From contig CAWIID010000005.1 in NCBI GenBank assembly GCA_963836055.1, forward strand, positions 17,042 to 81,041: a stretch of DNA of 64,000 nucleotides. The letters are read 5' to 3'. This stretch comes from an uncultured Alphaproteobacteria bacterium (GTDB lineage Bacteria; Pseudomonadota; Alphaproteobacteria; Rhizobiales; Xanthobacteraceae). The notes under the pieces are model-generated. The model was not told where the DNA came from, searched no databases, and saw nothing but the letters and a program-made list of their open reading frames with translations. This document shows positions 56,882-64,000 of the stretch, piece after piece. Position 1 is the first letter of the stretch. Every line of letters begins with the position of its first letter. Both the position numbers and the translations under genes were made by a program.

Positions 56882-57350
56882 TTCACAACGCATGCGCTTT
56901 TTGACCGACTGCACGCTGCAGCTGTTACAACGAGGCGAAGCCATGGGCGCCCGCTGCAAACTGTACGATACCGACAACCGAGGGGCGCCGCGCTCCGAGC
57001 ACGCAATTCGATCGCCGACAGCGAGAGCTTCGGGCCTCGCTCAGCAGGGTGTCCGACTTCAATCGGAATGGGTGGCCGAGTTCCGTCGGAATCGGCCGCC
57101 GGATTGTGTCGGAATCACTGGCCGCTTGCGTCGGATTACCCGGCCGTGCCAGGAATCCGACGCGCTGTTGATCCAAGGATCGGCATCCTTGGCGGCGTTG
57201 GGGGAATTTTCCGGGACGTCCGGGGTTTTCAGAAGTCTAGGGCCGACTGGGGCGTAGGGGCGTCCGATGCGACAATTATGACATGTAGCTGAAACTTGTG
57301 ACACAGCTCACGTATTTTGCCGGCTGCGGCCGTATAGTGGGGTAAGCGTC

Positions 57351-57932
57351 ATGGCGTTGCGAAACGACGGGGAGATCAACGCTGAAGAATTCGCACCGGG
57401 ATTTAAGCTGAAGCCGTATATCAAGCGTATATTCGACGTCAGCGCCGCGACCGTTGGCCTCGTCTTATTTGCACCGGTCCTTTTCGTTGTATCCGTGGCG
57501 ATCGCCGTCGAGTCGAGCGGTCCAATCTTAATCCGCGAGACCCGGTACGGATACAAGGGGCCGATCCGAGTCTTCAAATTTAGGCTCGACGGACCCGGAC
57601 GCAATCGAAGCGACGATCGTACGACTTGGATTGGTCAACTCGTGCGCTCCTCCGGCATTGACGAACTACCGCAACTCTTGAACGTCTTGTGCGGAGACAT
57701 GTCGATTGTCGGTCCGCGCGCATACCATAGCGCCCGGGATCTTTCTCTTTCCATCCTTAGTAAGGTCAAGCCAGGGATGATAGGTTGGGCGCAGATTAGC
57801 GGACGTCGTGAGGAGTTTGAATTGACACATCAGCGCTTCAGAGAGGACCTGCGCTATGTCGAGAACTGGACGCTCTTCCTCGACGTCAAGATCATCCTAG
57901 CAGCCCTGTTCTCTAGAAAAGTGAATCTCTAG
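57351..57932 (+). CDS. bacterial sugar transferase (ExoY/WbaP C-terminal type, polyprenyl-phosphate hexose-1-phosphate transferase)
   Basis: It has KRIFDVSAATVGLVLFAPVLFVVSVAI (TM), PILIRETRYGYKG..FKFR, and IDELPQLLNVLCGDMSIVGPRA. Confidence 0.8.
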   Translation: MALRNDGEINAEEFAPGFKLKPYIKRIFDVSAATVGLVLFAPVLFVVSVAIAVESSGPILIRETRYGYKGPIRVFKFRLDGPGRNRSDDRTTWIGQLVRSSGIDELPQLLNVLCGDMSIVGPRAYHSARDLSLSILSKVKPGMIGWAQISGRREEFELTHQRFREDLRYVENWTLFLDVKIILAALFSRKVNL

Positions 57933-57997
57933 AGCGTGAGCGACAAACGACTTTAGCGCTTCGCACCGCTGGCAGACCCATAAACGGTCCCAGGCGC

Positions 57998-58297
57998 TTA
58001 CCGTGTCCTCTCTCGAAACGGCAAATCAATTGCGGGGTGGATGCCCTTCTCAGTGTCCGATGTGCTGCGGAAAGCGACACTCGCTTCGAGAAAGCAGCCG
58101 ACCAAGTATCCCAACTGAACTGATGTCCAGATTCCGACGATGGCAAAGGTCACAGCACCCGCACCGTAATGGCCCGCCATTCCAGCGATAGCGATCAGAA
58201 GCGCCGCACCTAACAGCAATGGAAAGAGAACAAATACCTTAAAACGCAGCCCGCATAAGATCCCAACCAACGCCCCCGACAGGATGAGGATAACCAT
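57998..58297 (-). CDS. small hypothetical membrane protein (3 TM)
   Basis: MVILILSGALVGILCGLRFKVFVLFPLLLGAALLIAIAGMAGHYGAGAVTFAIVGIW... Confidence 0.4.
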   Translation of the reverse strand: MVILILSGALVGILCGLRFKVFVLFPLLLGAALLIAIAGMAGHYGAGAVTFAIVGIWTSVQLGYLVGCFLEASVAFRSTSDTEKGIHPAIDLPFRERTR

Positions 58298-58637
58298 GAC
58301 CGCCCCCTTTTCGAAAGGCTGGGCTGAGAAACAAAGCAACAGCCCTATTCGCCTCTCTTGCCCCTAAAAACCCCAGGCTGAGGATTAACTATAAATTTGC
58401 GCAAAAAGTGGCGCTGCAATGCAGCATTTTCCACTTTTCCCACCGCTTTGCAGCAATGTCGCTTTTGTGGTTGCGAGCGCAGGGGCGAGCTCAACCGGCT
58501 GCGGCGTCTAATTTGCTTGAGCCAGGCCAGCACACACGGCGGAGGTCTCAGGGCGACGGTTGTTGTGGCAGGCAACGGTCCTCCCAGGCGCATGGTTCGT
58601 TCGAACAAATAACACGCGTGGGCGGCTTCGCCTGAAA

Positions 58638-59642
58638 TCAATTCGGTGCAATGGTGCAATCGAGATCGAGCTGACGGACGGAAATTAAAGCTTGCTCATA
58701 GGCCGCGTTAAGCTTTTTGGTTTCGGTTTCGGCAAGCTGTCTGAATGCCAAGGACATGCCTTGCACGCGGTCCGGATGATTCTGTTTGATCAGTGTTTTG
58801 TACGCCTCTTTGACGTCTTCAATCGTCGCTGCCTTTGAAAGACCAAGGACTGCGAACCAGCTTTCGTCCTCGCTAATCTCGCCCGAATCTTCTGGCTGCG
58901 ACGGGTCGACATCATCGGCGTGCGGTTGATCAATCAGCTGATCAAAATCGGCATCTGCAAACTCCTTGAACTTGCAAAAGTCCAGCTCGTATTGCCGTCG
59001 GAGAGCAGCGCTGCGCACAAGATAGAGGGCCGGCATCGCCATGGCGGCAAATAAGGCGGCGCCGGTGTTGGCGTAAAACAGCTGCACCTCGAGGGGGTAC
59101 CAGACCAGCAGGTCCCTCACTTGGGCCGTCAGTTCGTCGCCCCACGCTGGCTGCCCGGAACCATAGAACGCAACGATCAGAAGCGTGAAACTCATGACAT
59201 GGGTCGCGATCGCGCCGCCCAAGGTAAACCGTGAGCTTATGAGATGGACCCACGATTTTAGGCGCCGGAGAGGCCGGCGCTTAAGCCGAATAATTGTCAT
59301 CCGTAAGTGATGCGCGTGCGCTTCGAGATCTTCAATCTCGTCGATTCGTTGCTGACGAAAGCCAGCTCGTCCGCCAAAGAGAGCCGGCCAGAATTTATCC
59401 AATCCGTCACCGTGATTGCGTATTTCAGTGAGGCGGCAGCAGACCTTGTTGTAGACCTGCGTCGCTCGATCCAACTCAAATGCTTCAGTTTTGCGGAGGC
59501 AAAATTCCGGTGGACCGCGCCGTGCAGCGAGCAATTGTTTAGCGTAGCACAGGAGCAATGCGGGAAGGACGGCCCACAACCCAAGCCATAGCGCGTTAAA
59601 GAGCGCAATCGAAAGCTCTTTGCCGGATGCTAGCTCGAGCAT
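58638..59642 (-). CDS. membrane protein with C-terminal J-domain (DnaJ-like, HPD motif)
   Basis: It has N-terminal TM helices, an acidic linker, then WFAVLGLSKAATIEDVKEAYKTLIKQNHPDRVQG...KKLNAAYEQAL. Confidence 0.75.
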   Translation of the reverse strand: MLELASGKELSIALFNALWLGLWAVLPALLLCYAKQLLAARRGPPEFCLRKTEAFELDRATQVYNKVCCRLTEIRNHGDGLDKFWPALFGGRAGFRQQRIDEIEDLEAHAHHLRMTIIRLKRRPLRRLKSWVHLISSRFTLGGAIATHVMSFTLLIVAFYGSGQPAWGDELTAQVRDLLVWYPLEVQLFYANTGAALFAAMAMPALYLVRSAALRRQYELDFCKFKEFADADFDQLIDQPHADDVDPSQPEDSGEISEDESWFAVLGLSKAATIEDVKEAYKTLIKQNHPDRVQGMSLAFRQLAETETKKLNAAYEQALISVRQLDLDCTIAPN

Positions 59643-59915
59643 AATACACGACGCTTACTGAACTAAGCAGGGCTTCAATGCAGTGCGAACACACCAGAGA
59701 ACCGTCCGCTGTAATTTAAGAGCATTTCCTGTGTCAGAATGCTGGCAGCAGAGCGTCAAAAGCTGGGCGAAGCCGTTCCGCTGCCCAACTGCTGCCTTTA
59801 TTTCAAAGATCGCGCAGACCGACAAGGAAGTTTTGGCGCGTCGCCACAAATTGCGACCTCTTTCGCAACAGGCCGCTAACCATTGACGTCTACCCTGTTA
59901 CCATCAACAATTTTG

Positions 59916-60281
59916 ATGGTGTTCCTCGTGGAATACAGGGGCTTTTTCGTCGAGGCACTCGAGCAAAAACCCGGCAGATGGCGAGCAAAGGTCTCGCGCA
60001 CCGATGGCAAGCCAGTGAAGGTCGTTGGCCGCAGAAAACTTGAGCAGTTTGTCACTGGTTTCGATGCAAAAACGGCGAGCGCAGCCATTTTAATGGCTAT
60101 TGCCGTTATCGATGGTGGCATTTTCACCCGCAATCGAGCGGGTACAGAGAAATTCTGGCGTCGCCGCGCACAATCCTCGATCGACTTAGCAACGGGCGAT
60201 CGCTCTGGCCTTTCTGTACGACACGCTTCTCATGCACGAGCGAGTCGGACGCAGTGCTCGCGAAGATCTCGTTCAAAGTGA
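59916..60281 (+). CDS. hypothetical protein
   Basis: MVFLVEYRGFFVEALEQKPGRWRAKVSRTDGKPVKVVG.... The Arg/Ser-rich C-terminal third may not be real. Confidence 0.4.
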   Translation: MVFLVEYRGFFVEALEQKPGRWRAKVSRTDGKPVKVVGRRKLEQFVTGFDAKTASAAILMAIAVIDGGIFTRNRAGTEKFWRRRAQSSIDLATGDRSGLSVRHASHARASRTQCSRRSRSK

Positions 60282-60412
60282 CTGGCATCCGGTGCTTGGT
60301 CTGCGGAGAATTTTCGGTCCGTACGGTCGTCGACACTAAGATTGCGCTCGGTCAGCAAGATGCGGGCCGCATCAAAGGCGCGTCTGGCGGCGTGACACCG
60401 CCTGACGGCACA

Positions 60413-62302
60413 CTAAGGCTCGCCTGCCACCACTTGTCGGCTCAGCAAAGCATCAAGAACATCGTCCGCCAACTGCTCCGGCGACCGGCCGATCGTGAGC
60501 AGATGCACTTCGGGATTTTCGGGTGGCTCGTAGGGCGCGTCGACGCCCGTGAAATTCTTCAACGCCCCCGCCCGCGCCTTGGCGTAGAGCCCTTTCGGAT
60601 CGCGCGCCATACAATCCTCGATCGGCGTGTCGACGAAGACCTCAATGAATTCGCCGGGCTCGACCAAGCTGCGGACCATATCGCGCTCGGCCCGGTAGGG
60701 CGAAATGAACGAACACAGTACGATCAGGCCGCTCTCGACCATCAGTTTGGCAACCTCGCCGACGCGGCGGATATTCTCGACCCGATCCGCCTCGGTGAAG
60801 CCTAGATCGCGATTGAGGCCGTGGCGGACATTGTCGCCGTCAAGCAGCGTCGTGTGGTGGCCGCGCGCGTGCAGCCGCTGCTCAACGATATTGGCGACCG
60901 TCGACTTGCCGGCGCCGGACAGGCCGGTGAACCAGACGATCGCCGGCCTTTGCTTGTTCAGAGCGGCACGTTCGGCCTTGCCGATCAAGAGCGGCTGCCA
61001 ATGGATGTTGGTACCGCGCCGCAGGCCGAAAGCGATCATTCCGGCGCCGACGGTATGGTTGGTAAATCGATCGATGATGATGAACGCGCCGGTCTTCCGA
61101 TTGTCCTCGTACGGATCGAAAGCAACGGGAAACGCGGTCGATAGGTTGCAAAACGCGATGTCGTTGAGTTCGAGCTTTGCCGCCGCGAGATGCTGGCGGG
61201 TATTGACGTCGATCCGGTACTTAATCGCGGTGATGGTGATCGGCGTTGTTTTGGTGCCGATCCGGCTCAAGTACGACCGGCCAGGCAAAAGCGGCTCGTC
61301 GCTCATCCAAATGATGTGGGCGGCGAATTGATCCGAGACTTCCGGCCGTACCTTCGGACCGACCAGAACATCGCCCCGCCCGATGTCGAGTTCATCCGTG
61401 AGCGTGATCGTCACGGCGTCGCCGGCGACCGCGGACGCCGATGGTCCATCGTAGGTGACGATCTGCGCAACCTTGGAAATTCGCCCTGAGGCGGCCTCGA
61501 CGATGGGGTCGCCCACACTGAGCTGCCCTGATGCAACAGTCCCTGCGTAACCGCGGAAGTCCTGGTTCGGTCGATTGACCCATTGCACCGGAAATCGAAA
61601 CGGTTTCGCGAGATTCTCGCTGTCGACGTCGACCGTCTCCAGGTAGTGCAACAGCGCAGGCCCCCGATACCACGGTGTATTGCCCGACACCGTGGTCACG
61701 TTGTCGCCAAAGCGCGCCGAGATCGGAATCGGGACAATGGAGGTGAAGCCCAAATCGCTGGCAAACGCCGTGTAATCGCCGACGATGCGATCGAAAGTCT
61801 CCTCCTGGTAGTGAACCAAGTCGATTTTATTGACCGCCACGACCACCTGACGGATGCCGAGCAGCGAGCAGATCAGGGAGTGCCGTCGGGTCTGCACCAG
61901 GACGCCCTTGCGCGCATCGACGAGGATGATGGCGAGTTCGGCCCCGGACGCGCCGGTGGCCATATTTCGGGTGAATTGCTCATGGCCGGGCGTATCGGCG
62001 ACGATGAACGATCGCCTGGTGGTGGAAAAAAACCGATAGGCGACATCGATCGTAATGCCCTGCTCGCGCTCGGCTTCGAGGCCGTCCACGAGTAATGCAA
62101 AATCAAGGTCCTCGCCCGTGGTGCCGTGGCGGACCGAGTCTTTCGCCAGGGCCTCCAATTGATCCTCGAAGATGAGCTTCGAATCGTGCAGCAGCCGGCC
62201 GATCAATGTCGACTTGCCGTCGTCGACCGAACCGCAGGTGATAAAGCGCAGGAGATCCTTCGTCGCCGCCTGCTCGCGAGGGCGCGTGACCAGAACGTTC
62301 AT
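60413..62302 (-). CDS. cysNC: bifunctional sulfate adenylyltransferase subunit 1 / adenylylsulfate kinase (CysN-CysC fusion, NodQ-type)
   Basis: It has GTPase motifs ([21 protein letters not shown]) and a C-terminal APS kinase domain ([12 protein letters not shown]). Confidence 0.95.
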   Translation of the reverse strand: MNVLVTRPREQAATKDLLRFITCGSVDDGKSTLIGRLLHDSKLIFEDQLEALAKDSVRHGTTGEDLDFALLVDGLEAEREQGITIDVAYRFFSTTRRSFIVADTPGHEQFTRNMATGASGAELAIILVDARKGVLVQTRRHSLICSLLGIRQVVVAVNKIDLVHYQEETFDRIVGDYTAFASDLGFTSIVPIPISARFGDNVTTVSGNTPWYRGPALLHYLETVDVDSENLAKPFRFPVQWVNRPNQDFRGYAGTVASGQLSVGDPIVEAASGRISKVAQIVTYDGPSASAVAGDAVTITLTDELDIGRGDVLVGPKVRPEVSDQFAAHIIWMSDEPLLPGRSYLSRIGTKTTPITITAIKYRIDVNTRQHLAAAKLELNDIAFCNLSTAFPVAFDPYEDNRKTGAFIIIDRFTNHTVGAGMIAFGLRRGTNIHWQPLLIGKAERAALNKQRPAIVWFTGLSGAGKSTVANIVEQRLHARGHHTTLLDGDNVRHGLNRDLGFTEADRVENIRRVGEVAKLMVESGLIVLCSFISPYRAERDMVRSLVEPGEFIEVFVDTPIEDCMARDPKGLYAKARAGALKNFTGVDAPYEPPENPEVHLLTIGRSPEQLADDVLDALLSRQVVAGEP

Positions 62303-63241
62303 TCAGAAATATCCCTCCCGCTTTTTCTTTTCCATGGACGCCGCCTCATCGGTGTCGATCAGCCGCCCCTGCCGTTCGGACACTCGGGCGGTCTGCATCT
62401 CGGCGACGATGTCCGCGAGCGTCGCGGCGGTCGATTCGATGGCGCCGGTGAGCGGATAGCAGCCGAGCGTGCGGAACCGGATCAGACGCATTTGCGGCGT
62501 CTCGCCGGGTTCGAGCGGCATTCGGTCGTCGTCCACCATGATCCAGGTGCCGCTCCGGGACACAACCGGCCGTTCCTTGGCGAAATAGAGCGGCACGACC
62601 GGGATATCCTCAAGCATGATGTAGGTCCACACATCCAATTCGGTCCAGTTCGACAATGGGAAGACGCGGATCGATTCGCCCGGCCGGATTCGCGTGTTGA
62701 ACAGGTTCCACAGTTCCGGCCGCTGGTTGCGTGGATCCCATACGTGATCTTTCGAGCGAAACGAGAAGATCCTTTCTTTCGACCGGCTCTTCTCCTCGTC
62801 GCGCCTCGCCCCGCCAAAGGCCGCATCAAATCCAAACTTGTCCAATGCCTGCTTGAGAGCTTCGGTCTTCATCACGTGCGTATGCACGGACGACCCCGAG
62901 GCAAACGGATTGACGCCGCGATTAAGTCCGTCCTGGTTGATGTGAACGAGCAGATCGAGGTTGAGCCGGCGCGCCGTCTCGTCCCGGAATGCGATCATCT
63001 CCCGGAACTTCCAGGTGGTGTCGACGTGCAAGACCGGGAACGGCAACGGCGCCGGATAGAAAGCTTTGATGGCGAGATGGAGCATGACGCTCGAATCTTT
63101 GCCGATCGAATAGAGCATGACCGGCTTTTTGAACTCGGCAACCACCTCTCGCATGATCTCAACGGACTCGGATTCGAGCCGTTTGAGATGTTTGGGCAGG
63201 GCAGCCGTTGCGGCTCTGCGAACACTCGATTGGTCATTCAT
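62303..63241 (-). CDS. cysD: sulfate adenylyltransferase subunit 2
   Basis: It has the PAPS-reductase-fold motifs [15 protein letters not shown] and [20 protein letters not shown]. Its stop abuts the cysNC start. Confidence 0.95.
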   Translation of the reverse strand: MNDQSSVRRAATAALPKHLKRLESESVEIMREVVAEFKKPVMLYSIGKDSSVMLHLAIKAFYPAPLPFPVLHVDTTWKFREMIAFRDETARRLNLDLLVHINQDGLNRGVNPFASGSSVHTHVMKTEALKQALDKFGFDAAFGGARRDEEKSRSKERIFSFRSKDHVWDPRNQRPELWNLFNTRIRPGESIRVFPLSNWTELDVWTYIMLEDIPVVPLYFAKERPVVSRSGTWIMVDDDRMPLEPGETPQMRLIRFRTLGCYPLTGAIESTAATLADIVAEMQTARVSERQGRLIDTDEAASMEKKKREGYF

Positions 63242-63498
63242 GAATGATACGACGCTGAGATCTATCGTCCGCCTGAACCAAGCCCCGATGTTCTACACAC
63301 ATCGGCGCACCGCAGACCTCACAAAATATGCCGCAAACCGGTCTTGGCGACCAAGATCACCTTCATTAACGAATCGCCGATCTCTGCGAAAAAGCGAGGG
63401 CCGAAATGCCACCGGCTGCACGGCCGTTTACAGTGTCTCAGCGTTGCGCTGGACACCCTTTGCGGGTTCATGCCATAGACATCCCTACTATCAGCCGC

Positions 63499-63711
63499 AT
63501 GAGCAAATCAAACGAAACCCAATTTGAGGTTCTGCCGACCACGACCGGCGACAGCTGGCGCGTGCGCATTATCGAACAAAAGCGTACTCAGTATATCAAC
63601 GGCTTCGAGTCGCGAGCGCAGGCGGAACATTGGGTTGTGAACGAGGCCGAGGTTTGGCTCAGCGAGCTCAGACGCCTTGCGATTACGCCCCTGACCGGGT
63701 CTCAAGTGTGA
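63499..63711 (+). CDS. small hypothetical protein
   Basis: MSKSNETQFEVLPTTTGDSWRVRIIEQKRTQYINGFESRAQAEHWVVNEAEVWLSELRRLA... Confidence 0.4.
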   Translation: MSKSNETQFEVLPTTTGDSWRVRIIEQKRTQYINGFESRAQAEHWVVNEAEVWLSELRRLAITPLTGSQV

Positions 63712-64000
63712 GGCCGGGCGAATTTCAACTCGCCCCATTCTTTCTCTTCTTCTTTCTCGATCAAACACCTTGCCCGATCGCACGCGGCATGTAGGTGAGA
63801 CGAACTACCGCTTAAAGCCGTCCCACTTGGATCGTCTAAGTCTTGTGGGCTCAAGGCGGGCGCGAGCGTACCCGCACGCCACACATGAATCAGCTTTCTG
63901 ATGACCGTGTATCCTTCGCCGGGGCGAGCGATGGACAATAGAACAACCGCCAAGACGCTGGAGGGGATAAAACCAAAAATTCGCCGTAGGGACGTCTTCA

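Noticed and set aside
57165-57192. TTGATCCAAGGATCGG (FixK-like half match) and an 8-bp hairpin CCAAGGAT-cggc-ATCCTTGG upstream of the sugar transferase
   Set aside because: Only one half-site matches the FixK consensus, and the hairpin has no U-tract. On its own this is too weak to call a regulatory site.
63702-64000. 83-aa minus-strand ORF and possible gene running off the right edge
   Set aside because: There are no recognisable motifs, only a TTG start, and several frames are equally open. This is insufficient to call a gene.
1-64000. Scan for phage-defence, toxin-antitoxin, prophage or secretion-system gene sets
   Set aside because: I recognised no nucleases/helicases/ATPases typical of defence systems, no TA pairs, no integrase and no phage structural genes. 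The only recombinase-related sequence is the HTH scrap at 9697-9849.

Overview
High-GC chromosomal segment from an alphaproteobacterium, probably Rhizobiales/Bradyrhizobiaceae-like. That placement is inferred only from the protein families present (DUF2336, DUF6481, LdtR-like MarR, PEP-CTERM, NodPQ-type CysD/CysNC). I could support about 70 features. Core content: cytochrome bd oxidase (DUF4492-cydA-cydB plus an unlisted 37-codon cydX), an L,D-transpeptidase, tRNA-Tyr with rlmB, several MFS and TctA transporters, hydrolases, an arylacetate-CoA ligase/DpgC-like pair, an aromatic-type catabolic cluster, and cysD-cysNC. The most interesting locus is 34.7-42.1 kb. It is a tightly coupled hyfB/C/E/F/G/I-like operon led by a small XRE regulator. 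All four [NiFe] cysteine ligand positions of its large subunit appear substituted, which points to an Ehr-type (hydrogenase-related, non-hydrogenase) energy-converting complex of unknown substrate. Second is a translationally coupled operon at 29.1-33.2 kb encoding an AMP/thymidine-phosphorylase-like protein, a PRPP-synthetase-like protein and a beta-CASP MBL nuclease. Other notable items:
- A secreted protein built of GCGGC repeats.
- An IS5-family element with a CTAG target duplication inserted just 3' of tRNA-Thr.
- A decayed insert at the 3' end of tRNA-Tyr.
- A lower-GC islet at 55.3-60.4 kb with a membrane J-domain protein.
At least eight genes show single-base frame disruptions, several at homopolymers. 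This suggests assembly indels rather than true decay, so pseudogene calls are provisional. No CRISPR array, rRNA, prophage or recognisable defence system was seen.
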